The position numbers were made by a program, and so were the translations under genes. DNA of 51,607 nucleotides from a virus (Duplodnaviria > Caudoviricetes). The stretch spans positions 1-51,607 of the IMG/VR virus record IMGVR_UViG_3300012940_000032, one strand, 5' to 3'. The notes beneath the pieces were generated by a model, which was not told the DNA's origin, ran no database searches, and worked only from the letters and a program-made list of their open reading frames with translations. This document shows, piece after piece, positions 9,735 to 17,469 of this stretch (its first letter is position 1; each line of letters begins with the position of its first letter).

Positions 9735-9745
9735 ATGACGGCTCG
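9735..9745 (-). other. Candidate cos end (CGAGCCGTCAT)
   Basis: Non-coding junction of the two arms, preceded by GGGTGGGGGCGACCCC and followed by AGCATAAAAAC; L5-type terminase plus HNH implies cos packaging; alternative 11-mer CGGGCAGTGAT at 9670-9680. Confidence 0.35.
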
Positions 9746-9922
9746 GTACGCGCGTATATAAGGTGCGGGGTCGCCCCCACCCGTTATGCACGAGCTTGCG
9801 CCAGCATGTGCCACGATGTCCGTTTGTTCGTCCGTCACTGAGCGTGAGCGAGTGTGTGTATGTTTATGCGAGTGAATGCATGACATGTATGTGATGTGAT
9901 ACATGTACTGATACAACTAATG

Positions 9923-10123
9923 TCACTCATTAGTGTGTTGTGCATTAGCTGCGCGTGGCTTACGCTTGCGCGCTTGCTTGCGTGGTGGTGTGGGTTGTGT
10001 GCTGTCTGCATTGGGCGCCTCAACCACGTCACGTGCCACCCCACGAGACAGCAGTAGTGCACGCTCTCCAGGGAAAGCCCGTATGTGGACGCCATCGGAC
10101 ATACGCACCATCGGGTACATCAT
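9923..10123 (-). CDS. Small basic-tailed hypothetical protein
   Basis: GGAGAG RBS then ATGATG; MMYPMVRMSDG...RALLLSRGVA...RKQARKRK. Confidence 0.5.
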   Translation of the reverse strand: MMYPMVRMSDGVHIRAFPGERALLLSRGVARDVVEAPNADSTQPTPPRKQARKRKPRAANAQHTNE

Positions 10124-10380
10124 CGTGTGCTCTCCATTCACCGGTGTTTGTGCTGGTCAAGGGCAGTGCATGTACCTCTAAGGGGTGACCCTATTGCGCC
10201 ATGGCCAGGGCAGGGGCTAGATTGGTGTCATCGCCACGGGGGACACGGCGGAACGGGCCGGCTAGACCGGATGTGTTGCGAGTAGCGGCGCACAATCCGT
10301 TTCGCTAGAGGGTTCACGGTGGCGACAGGGGTAGTGCTTAGGACCCGGACTAGCGTTCTGGCGAGGCACAACACCCCGGT

Positions 10381-10411
10381 TTGACAGAACGGCTAGGCAT
10401 CGTGGTAAGGT
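10381..10411 (+). promoter_or_regulatory. Early promoter of end-proximal module
   Basis: TTGACA-N19-TAAGGT with TG extension; spacing is long. Confidence 0.5.
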
Positions 10412-10618
10412 TTCACCAGCACGGCCCGGAAGCAACCGGCGAGCGCGGCTAGCTCGCTAGGACAACCGGCGCATAGGTCACTTGACAACTGGATAGGCCG
10501 GGACGCAAGAACCGCCATAGCGGTATCTCGTAAGCCTGCCGTTTGCCGGCCGGTCGTCTGTGAGGCGACATGGTGCTATCAATTCGGGTAGCACTTTCAC
10601 GCCTCACAAGGGGACATC

Positions 10619-10789
10619 ATGAAACGATGGATTGCGCTTTTCGTATTGGCGCTGGCCATTCTGTTTGCCAACGTTCACACTTACGGGGTGTTCAATCACG
10701 CTCTCAACGCCGGTGTCACCATCGGTCAATGCGGGGTGGAGATTAAGGGAACTCCCGGTGTGTTCTGTACTGAAAACGGAGGCATGTAA
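10619..10789 (+). CDS. Small membrane/secreted protein (56 aa)
   Basis: AAGGGG RBS; MKRWIALFVLALAILFA signal-like N-terminus. Confidence 0.65.
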   Translation: MKRWIALFVLALAILFANVHTYGVFNHALNAGVTIGQCGVEIKGTPGVFCTENGGM

Positions 10790-11103
10790 TGGCGATGATG
10801 AGTGAGATTGACGCGTTCATCCGGGAGCAAGCACGCTCGGACCGGAAGCACGGGGTCAATTGGCCATACATCGCAGTCTACGACGCACAGATTGCGTTTG
10901 GCGCCAGCCTCAAGTCAGGAGACATCATCGCCGTCTATCATGATGCATGGTATACCGACGCTGATAGGCACTTTGCCGAAAAGGCGGGTCAAGCGTACGA
11001 TGATATGGACTACCCAAAGTTCTATCGTTGTATGGCTGCGCTTCAAAGGCTTACCAGCGGGACGCACTTTCACGACAGCATTCACCCGTTCACTCATCGG
11101 TAA
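10789..11103 (+). CDS. Hypothetical early protein
   Basis: GGAGG RBS, TAATG coupling. Confidence 0.7.
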   Translation: MAMMSEIDAFIREQARSDRKHGVNWPYIAVYDAQIAFGASLKSGDIIAVYHDAWYTDADRHFAEKAGQAYDDMDYPKFYRCMAALQRLTSGTHFHDSIHPFTHR

Positions 11104-11116
11104 AGGGGAAACAACT

Positions 11117-11269
11117 ATGTTCGCTGCTTACGTCATCACGCCGCGTGGTCCGGTCGGTGTCCGTCGTACTTTCGGAAGTAAGTCGGCGGGTACTCTCGGC
11201 GCAAAGCGACTCGGAGTAAAGTACAACGTTCCCGGTCGCTACCGGACCGTTCAGGTTGCCAGTAAGTAG
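11117..11269 (+). CDS. Small basic hypothetical protein (50 aa)
   Basis: AAGGGG RBS; MFAAYVITPRG... Confidence 0.6.
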   Translation: MFAAYVITPRGPVGVRRTFGSKSAGTLGAKRLGVKYNVPGRYRTVQVASK

Positions 11270-11346
11270 CCTGCCAGGCAATCGGGCGCATCGTGGTACA
11301 ATGGCGGTGCGTCCTTTTGGCCTTACAGTCTATGAAGGGATAGGCC

Positions 11347-11712
11347 ATGACTGGTTTCACCTACCCGCGCTTTCTCTCCATTGAACGTCTCAAGTCGGAA
11401 GTCACTCACGGTGGGTCGCACTTCTTTGACCGGGACGCGATGCGATTCTTCAAGTCCCGGGTGAATCGTACCCTGTACGGTGGGCGATTCTTCGTGACGA
11501 GTGAAGACAACGGGTACGACGGACGCAAGTACACCGTTCGTTTCGTCCGGCAGGATGCGAACGGGCACTACACCATGACGGACACCGGTTTTCAGCGGTA
11601 CAGCACTAGCCGGGCCGCAAACAACGCGGCGCGTGCTTTGGGTCAGCGGTTCTATGGCACGGATGACCCGGAGGAAATCGTCACGGTAGATAGCGACCGC
11701 GAGTATCTGTAG
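11347..11712 (+). CDS. Phage early hypothetical protein
   Basis: AAGGGA RBS; HFFDRDAMRFFKSRV..FFVTSE..RKYTVR motif. Confidence 0.75.
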   Translation: MTGFTYPRFLSIERLKSEVTHGGSHFFDRDAMRFFKSRVNRTLYGGRFFVTSEDNGYDGRKYTVRFVRQDANGHYTMTDTGFQRYSTSRAANNAARALGQRFYGTDDPEEIVTVDSDREYL

Positions 11713-11776
11713 CTTGCTCGGGTGCATCGATCAATGGTCGGTGCATCCTATGAACCCTACAGATAAGGGAGACATC

Positions 11777-11965
11777 ATGGGCAAGCCAACCATTGAACGC
11801 GGACCGGCCAGCAACTATGAAGCTGACAATGAAGTGATCCGAGAGGTACACGGCCAGAACGGCACCGGGTTTCTGCTGTCAGTCCGCAACATGACGGATG
11901 GCACAGTGTTGGTGGACGTATACCGGGCGGACGACAACGTCCGCGTACTCAACGCGTCGCACTGA
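11777..11965 (+). CDS. Hypothetical protein
   Basis: AAGGGAG RBS before MGKPTIERG. Confidence 0.65.
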   Translation: MGKPTIERGPASNYEADNEVIREVHGQNGTGFLLSVRNMTDGTVLVDVYRADDNVRVLNASH

Positions 11966-11981
11966 CAAGGGAGACAAGATC

Positions 11982-12275
11982 ATGACCACTACGACCCGAT
12001 ACACCCGGTGTGATCACGGCCAGTGGTTGCAAGACGGACCGTGCGACGCGTGCAATGCCCGTAGCACCGACCGTGGATTCACCATGCCGGATTTCATGCG
12101 AGAGAGACTGACGGACATGGCAACGGAGCTTGACGAACTACGCCACAACATCGGGAAAGCAAACGAATTGCTGTCCACGATGGCACAAGCGACCGACCGT
12201 GAAACGTTCGAAACAAGCTCTAACGCTTATGCGATGCTGACAGCTATTCTGAGAATTCAGGTAGCCAACCTGTAA
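11982..12275 (+). CDS. Hypothetical protein (N-terminal Cys/His motif, coiled coil)
   Basis: AAGGGAG RBS; CDHG...CDAC. Confidence 0.65.
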   Translation: MTTTTRYTRCDHGQWLQDGPCDACNARSTDRGFTMPDFMRERLTDMATELDELRHNIGKANELLSTMAQATDRETFETSSNAYAMLTAILRIQVANL

Positions 12276-12284
12276 GGGAGGGTC

Positions 12285-12563
12285 ATGCGAAAGATGATCG
12301 TTGGCGTAGTGCTGGCAAGTACGGCACTGCTTGGAGCACCGACCACGGCCAGTGCGAGCACCGCAACCGCAAAGACTGTGTGCCATCGGCAGAACGTCAA
12401 GAGTCATCGTGTGCAGTGTGAGCGGTACCGAAAGGCTCACAAGTTGCATCGGGTGTCCCTGGCACTAGCAAAGGACATCACCGGGAAACGGCAGACTGCC
12501 TATGCTCGGTATGGAAACACCACATACGTATTCGCAATCAACGGCAAGCGATACAGTTCCTAG
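12285..12563 (+). CDS. Secreted basic protein
   Basis: AAGGGAGG RBS; signal peptide MRKMIVGVVLASTALLGAPTTASA. Confidence 0.7.
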   Translation: MRKMIVGVVLASTALLGAPTTASASTATAKTVCHRQNVKSHRVQCERYRKAHKLHRVSLALAKDITGKRQTAYARYGNTTYVFAINGKRYSS

Positions 12564-12642
12564 GCAATGCTGGGTTTGCGGGTGGCATCCCGTGATACGC
12601 TCCGGGGTGCTGGCCGTTGGCCTCACATTGAAGGGATGGGCC

Positions 12643-13530
12643 ATGACTGAAAATGAGGCACTTACCGACTACTGGGTTGCGTTTGAGAATCTGGCAAGCG
12701 CGTCCACCGAACCCTGTGTAGAAATCCGCGTGACGGGTTGCTACGGCAACTACCACTCGGACTATTACGCACTTCGCAATGACGGTTGGTACAACGTTCG
12801 TGCGGCACACCGTCCAAGCTACCGGAGCCTCAAGGCTTTGTGGTACGGCGAGGATTGCGAGGACATGCTGATTGCGCTTCCTTGCGCTTACGGGGACTAC
12901 CTCGGTAGCGATTTCGACGCGGCCAACAGTAGGTACCTGACGGAAAACTACACGTTCGTTCGCACTGAGGGTGACATCACGGCGGGAGTCAGCACGGTTG
13001 TTTCTGTGCTGTCCGGGTCTCTCGGGGTAGTTGACGGGGAGGCACCGGAGGCGACCACGGAAGAAATCGTGGCACTCACTCACGAAATCGAGAGTCTGTC
13101 CGATTACCCGTTGCTAGACGACGACACCCACTCGGAGTACATCGCTGAACTTGCAGAGGCATCGTGGGACGCGTACCGATGGGCTGATCTTGTGTCCACC
13201 ATCGGAGAGCGCTTCCACCGTGAGTACAACGGGTTGATCCCGGCGGAGGATCACGCCGCTTTCGAAACCATGCTTGACGTTGACATGACGGATGAAGAAA
13301 CCGATGCCGTCAAGATGTCTTACGAACGCGAGGCATGCTGGGTAGGGGAGTCGGGGACGGCTACCGACGTACGCAACGATGCCAACGACGCAAGCGAGAG
13401 AGCCGCGTACCGGCGCACGTGCGAGTTGTGGTCCGCGCGGCAAAACCGAGTCCTGCCCTGTGGGCACCATGATAAGGCTGGGCTTTGCGGCGGTTGCGAC
13501 TCTGCCGATCGGCCGTGGTATGACCGGTGA
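12643..13530 (+). CDS. Acidic early hypothetical protein (295 aa)
   Basis: AAGGGA RBS; LSDYPLLDDDTHSE motif; C-terminal CGHH..CGGC. Confidence 0.75.
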   Translation: MTENEALTDYWVAFENLASASTEPCVEIRVTGCYGNYHSDYYALRNDGWYNVRAAHRPSYRSLKALWYGEDCEDMLIALPCAYGDYLGSDFDAANSRYLTENYTFVRTEGDITAGVSTVVSVLSGSLGVVDGEAPEATTEEIVALTHEIESLSDYPLLDDDTHSEYIAELAEASWDAYRWADLVSTIGERFHREYNGLIPAEDHAAFETMLDVDMTDEETDAVKMSYEREACWVGESGTATDVRNDANDASERAAYRRTCELWSARQNRVLPCGHHDKAGLCGGCDSADRPWYDR

Positions 13531-13678
13531 TCTACTGGCTCGCTACCGTCAGTTGGCGGTAAGCGAAGCGGAGCAAACGGCCGCGTGTGTGGCCGGTACG
13601 GGGAGTGAACGGCAACTACGCAAGACACGGGAAGCACTGGCGGCACTTGACCGCGTAATCCGGTGCCTTATGCGATGA
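13520..13678 (+). CDS. Small hypothetical protein
   Basis: Overlapping start; helical 52 aa ORF ending before terminator. Confidence 0.45.
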   Translation: MTGDLLARYRQLAVSEAEQTAACVAGTGSERQLRKTREALAALDRVIRCLMR

Positions 13679-13694
13679 CGCTCTGATGGCGCTT

Positions 13695-13746
13695 GAGGGC
13701 GCCCTGTGCATGGCCTACGGGCTGTGCCGGGGCGCCCTTTTTGTTT
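13695..13746 (+). terminator. Intrinsic terminator of early module
   Basis: AGGGCGCCC...GGGCGCCCT long stem followed by TTTTGTTT. Confidence 0.75.
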
Positions 13747-14079
13747 GCCCGTTTGTACCAAGTGTTGTGTGAGACTGCCAGGGAGGCACACAGTGCGCCG
13801 GACAGTGGCGATTGTGAGCCTGCCTAGTGCTCTCAGACGAACGGAGAGCGCCTAGAACGGGCTAGGGGTACATCGGGTAGGGGTAGGCACTCAACGGCCC
13901 GTACAGGCCAACTCAGCGGGTTACTTGCCTACGGCTAAGCGTCCCACTCAGTTGCGCTGTACGACGTCGGGTGGGCCGGGGGTATACCGACCTAGGGCCT
14001 AGGCGAGTTAGGCGCTTAGCGTCGCTCTCAACGGGCTGCGCAACGGGTTCTGTGTGAACTGCCAGCGGAAGCCGAGGCC

Positions 14080-14352
14080 CTACGCGCGTACGCGCGCGGT
14101 ATCCTGTTTCGCGCATAACCGGGCATAACCCTCGGTGACGGTTAGGGCGCGCGTTCCACGGGTCTTAGCGCGGGCGCCTGCCCACGCGGGTACCTGCGCG
14201 TCCCGGCGTGCCCGAGCGCGTAGCCTGGGCGCGGGTACACGTGCGCGTCACGCGTTAACCAGCCAAAATACGCGCGCGGGCGCGTGACGTGCGTACGCAT
14301 GCGTTAACCGGGAAATATACGCGCGCGCATGTTAACCCAGAAATGCGCGTGC
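14080..14352. repeat. Alternating purine-pyrimidine / GTTAACC-AAAT-CGCG repeat tract
   Basis: Three GTTAACC..AAAT..CGCG units (14254, 14303, 14331), many CGCG palindromes, no credible ORF. Confidence 0.7.
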
Positions 14353-14353
14353 G

Positions 14354-14629
14354 TCAGGTTGTCGGGTGGATGTGATGCGACAGCAGGTGGGCCTTGGTAG
14401 GATCACTCTGGGGCCAGATGTAGGTTGCGTCCTCAACAACGCCGGTCGGAGTAGGCCGGGTAGGGTGCTCAACCATGAAGGTTCGCATACAATCCCAGGA
14501 GCAGAAGTCCAGATCGTCATTCAGGCTAGAGCCAGACTCGAAGGCCCCGAACCAATCATCAGTGTCCGGGCCAGCCTTCACGCTGCTCTTGCCACAGTTG
14601 TCGCACTCAGTCCAGTGCTTGCTTACCAT
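14354..14629 (-). CDS. Zn-binding hypothetical protein
   Basis: GAGGAG RBS; CDNC...DFCSWDC. Confidence 0.65.
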   Translation of the reverse strand: MVSKHWTECDNCGKSSVKAGPDTDDWFGAFESGSSLNDDLDFCSWDCMRTFMVEHPTRPTPTGVVEDATYIWPQSDPTKAHLLSHHIHPTT

Positions 14630-14764
14630 GTGCTCTCCTCACACGAAGCGTCGAACTAAAGAAAATTTGTAGTTTCAAGGCTAGACAACCGACCCCCCTG
14701 GGGGTGAACAATCGACTTCGGGAGTTTTCGAACCTCCCAAGGTCGGCAGCAATGCCCCAGGGTG

Positions 14765-14974
14765 TCACGGCTTGAGCTGAGGGAACTTCCGATACACCGC
14801 AGCCTTGACCTGCTTCTGCTCCGCTGGAGTCCCATGCTGTGCGACACGAGCCAGGGCATTACGAGCGTGAGCCAGGTCTGGGATGGGGTAGGAGCCAGGG
14901 CCAGGAGCCTTTTCCGGGATGGCGAAGGCACTCTTGGGGAGGCTCTTACGCTTCTTGGTGGACAGGTCAGCCAT
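14765..14974 (-). CDS. DUF6582-like small basic protein
   Basis: RKSLPKSAFAIP...YPIPDLAHARNALARVAQ motif; AAGGAG RBS. Confidence 0.75.
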   Translation of the reverse strand: MADLSTKKRKSLPKSAFAIPEKAPGPGSYPIPDLAHARNALARVAQHGTPAEQKQVKAAVYRKFPQLKP

Positions 14975-14983
14975 GGCTACTCC

Positions 14984-15676
14984 TTACCGCTCCCAACGGC
15001 TCTTGTCAGGGAAGGCTTCCTTGATGTATTCTCCTACGGGGTGTCGCTCGAACACCTGGTTTTCGGTGCTCAATATGTCCCACGAACGCCAATCGCCTCT
15101 AGTGGTCCAGTAGACCTTGGAATCGTGGTCAGCACGAGGTGGGATAGGGTCGAGGGTGGCACCGTACACAGACCGAGCGGAAACCCCACGTCCGGAGGCT
15201 CGCTCAAGCTCGTATGCCATGACGTGCTTGTTGACTGGCAAAGGAGTGTGAAGGGCGAAACTCAGAGGTTCCTCGACCCCACGGTCCTTCAGGTAGTTGT
15301 AGGTGTTGGCCAGAGTCTGCGTCCAGGCACTGTTCTTGTTCGGGAAGAGGGCGATATGCTCTTCCAGAGTGCACCGGTACTCAGTGCGAGGAGTGTAAGG
15401 TTGCATCAGGAAGAAGTCATCGTTGAACAGCAGGAAGTTATCGGGTACCTCGGGGTGCGCACAAGCCAGACGAATGGCGTTGACAGAGTTACCCATGGGG
15501 TACGAAGACTTCTGATTGAGGGGGTTCGGGATGTGGCGGAAACCCTTGAGATGGATGGAGGCGTCCCCCACCAGCCACAAGTCACCGACCTCTGGGAAGT
15601 TCTTCTCCACGGAGCGCAGAGCGTATCGAAGCTCCTGGGCAGTACCTGCTGCCTTGTACGGCATCACGATGTCCAT
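14984..15676 (-). CDS. Stealth-family (CR2) sugar-phosphotransferase-like protein
   Basis: DIVMPY, ELRYALRSVEKN, FLLFNDDFFL and HTPLP motifs. Confidence 0.75.
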   Translation of the reverse strand: MDIVMPYKAAGTAQELRYALRSVEKNFPEVGDLWLVGDASIHLKGFRHIPNPLNQKSSYPMGNSVNAIRLACAHPEVPDNFLLFNDDFFLMQPYTPRTEYRCTLEEHIALFPNKNSAWTQTLANTYNYLKDRGVEEPLSFALHTPLPVNKHVMAYELERASGRGVSARSVYGATLDPIPPRADHDSKVYWTTRGDWRSWDILSTENQVFERHPVGEYIKEAFPDKSRWER

Positions 15677-16080
15677 CAGTTGTACCAGACCCCTCCTGGA
15701 TAGAACGCGTTCACCACACCCACTGCTGCAAGAAGAATCTGGCAGTCAGGGCAAGGCTCGTGAGTCACGTACATGACCGAGCCCTCACGAAGCTCAGGTG
15801 GACACCAGATGATGGCATTGCGTTCCGCGTGGAAACTGATACAGTTGGCATAGCCTACGTTTGGGGGCTGCTCTGCTGTGCTGAGTAGTCCTCGGGGGCA
15901 AGCCCCGCTGAGGCAGCCTGGAGCGCCAGGAGCTGTGCCGTTGTAACCAGTGCTGACAATTCGGTTGTCACGTACCAGTACTGCCCCGACTTGACGTCTA
16001 CGGCAATCGGCTCGCTTAGCCACAGAGGCAGCGATGTCGAGAAAATACTCGCCCCAGTCGGGTCGGCCATACTGATCCAT
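15676..16080 (-). CDS. dCMP deaminase
   Basis: CRRRQVGAVLV..STGYNG, HAERNA, PCPDC zinc-deaminase motifs. Confidence 0.92.
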   Translation of the reverse strand: MDQYGRPDWGEYFLDIAASVAKRADCRRRQVGAVLVRDNRIVSTGYNGTAPGAPGCLSGACPRGLLSTAEQPPNVGYANCISFHAERNAIIWCPPELREGSVMYVTHEPCPDCQILLAAVGVVNAFYPGGVWYN

Positions 16081-16089
16081 CTCTCTCCC

Positions 16090-16285
16090 AAAGTAGATGG
16101 CGGGGTGGCGTTCGGCAGCTAACCACCAGACCAGCCAGATAAAGTACCGCGAGCGTTTCCTAGTTGCTCACTGCCACTACGGTGACCGGGCGTCTCAGCC
16201 CCTTGCGTTTCCGGTCATGCAATCTCCCTAGGAGGAGGGGGCTAAGCCTGGTGGGGAGAGGGGCACCAGGCTATGCTTGCAAAAG
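16090..16285 (-). ncRNA. Putative multi-pseudoknot structured RNA
   Basis: Four hairpins, three with loops complementary to upstream segments; follows tRNA-Pro; no credible ORF. Confidence 0.45.
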
Positions 16286-16289
16286 ACAG

Positions 16290-16362
16290 TCTAGTGCGCT
16301 GGACTCGGACCAACGACCTCCGGGTTCCAAACCCGGCGCTCTACCAACTGAGCTAGCACTAG
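16290..16362 (-). tRNA. trnP: tRNA-Pro(UGG)
   Basis: CTAGTGC/GCACTAG acceptor, GCTCAGTTGGTAGAGC D-arm, CCGGG-TTTGGAA-CCCGG anticodon arm; T-loop TCCGAGT; no encoded CCA. Confidence 0.9.
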
Positions 16363-16363
16363 A

Positions 16364-16435
16364 TGGCGGGACCGGGATTTGCACCCGGAGCTTCGAGGTT
16401 ATGGGCCTCGTGTGTTACTGTTACACCACCCCGCA
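16364..16435 (-). tRNA. trnM: tRNA-Met(CAU), initiator-like 1:72 mismatch
   Basis: CGAGG-CCCATAA-CCTCG anticodon arm; U1xC72 mismatch; T-loop TGCAAAT. Confidence 0.85.
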
Positions 16436-16436
16436 G

Positions 16437-16508
16437 CCGAACCGAGAGGGATCGAACCTCTGCGCCCCGGGCTTCAACCGGGTGCTCTACCAACTGAGCT
16501 ACAGTTCG
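16437..16508 (-). tRNA. trnF: tRNA-Phe(GAA)
   Basis: CGAACTG/CGGTTCG acceptor, CCCGG-TTGAAGC-CCGGG anticodon arm, GGTTCGATCC T-arm. Confidence 0.9.
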
Positions 16509-16509
16509 C

Positions 16510-16601
16510 TGCCCCGTTGTTTCATGCAAGGCACAACGAGGAAAGCCGATGCTCTGTATCTCACGTCCCACTAGAAAGTATCTTGGACGGGACCAGGGCT
16601 A
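16510..16601 (-). ncRNA. Putative ~90-nt structured RNA between tRNA-Trp and tRNA-Phe
   Basis: GUCCC/GGGAC hairpin plus H-type pseudoknot (GGC/GCC; CCUCGUUGU/ACAACGGGG). Confidence 0.45.
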
Positions 16602-16602
16602 G

Positions 16603-16673
16603 CAGGGGTACCAGGGGTCGAACCCGGGCCGGCTGCTTTGGAGGCAGTCATGCTACCGTTACACCACACCCCA
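16603..16673 (-). tRNA. trnW: tRNA-Trp(CCA)
   Basis: CTGC-CTCCAAA-GCAG anticodon arm, GGTTCGACCC T-arm, GGGGTG/TACCCC acceptor. Confidence 0.9.
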
Positions 16674-16844
16674 ATGAGGTTGGCTTCAGTTCCAGGCATA
16701 GTCCTTCATGGGCGCCACCACCTTCCAGACGACTAAGATCCACCTAGCGGGTGCTAGGCTTCCGATCAGTCACCTCCTGGGACAGTGAAGGGTGAAGATC
16801 CCTTCAATAGACTACTACAGCAAACCGTGGATTTTATAATGTGC

Positions 16845-16873
16845 TTGACAAAGTTTTTGCAATCAGGTATGCT
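16845..16873 (+). promoter_or_regulatory. Housekeeping-sigma promoter
   Basis: TTGACA-N17-TATGCT, divergent from tRNA operon. Confidence 0.75.
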
Positions 16874-16971
16874 GAGGCCAGGTTCAATACTAGGAGGAAT
16901 CATGGAGTGGGAGATGTGGGCCGTGGGCGCATTGTGCGTCTGCGCATTGACGAGATCTAAGGAGGCGATGA

Positions 16972-17469
16972 ATGGACCTGGAGACGCTGGATAGTGTAGA
17001 GAAGAGAGATAACGACTGGTTTGACACGGAGTTCTTCCCAGAGTACAGGGAAGCCGTGTTGATGCAGTTGAAGAACGAGTACAGCGCGACGGAGAACCTG
17101 TGGCCTGTCGTGTGGCAGGAGGTCCTGATCGCTGTCTGGCTAAACTGCCCTGAGCAGGACGTGCTGACGGTGGCCAGCGAGGTCACCAAGAGGTGGCTCA
17201 AGGCTGAGAAGATGCGTGTGTACCGAAAGAAGAACCGCCAAGAGGACTTGGAGGGTGGGGACGAACTTCCCAACGTGGAACCTGACTCGTGGGATCTTCA
17301 GCCTTACCTGGAGCTGTTGACAGAGCAACAGCGAGTGGTAGTATCCGCTCGATACGAGTACGGCATGACTGAGCAGGAGATCGCCCAGGAGCTGGGCATG
17401 AGCCAGCCGGCTGTGAGCCAGATGCTCAAGCGGGTGAAGAAGACGCTGAAGGAGAAGATGAGTGGCTAG
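16972..17469 (+). CDS. Sigma-70 region 4 HTH protein (phage sigma factor-like)
   Basis: LTEQQRVVVSARYEYGMTEQEIAQELGMSQPAVSQMLKR; AAGGAGG RBS. Confidence 0.85.
   Translation: MDLETLDSVEKRDNDWFDTEFFPEYREAVLMQLKNEYSATENLWPVVWQEVLIAVWLNCPEQDVLTVASEVTKRWLKAEKMRVYRKKNRQEDLEGGDELPNVEPDSWDLQPYLELLTEQQRVVVSARYEYGMTEQEIAQELGMSQPAVSQMLKRVKKTLKEKMSG

Noticed and set aside
9728-10095. His/Thr/Met-rich ORFs in the GT-rich tract
   Set aside because: Artefacts of dinucleotide low-complexity sequence
16437-16508. UGA suppressor or selenocysteine tRNA (TTCAA seen on plus strand)
   Set aside because: On the coding strand the loop is TTGAAGC, anticodon GAA (Phe); TGA is used as a normal stop
16164-16747. ORFs across the tRNA cluster, and 21449-21700 across the ncRNA operon
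   Set aside because: Overlap clear RNA genes; translations are not protein-like
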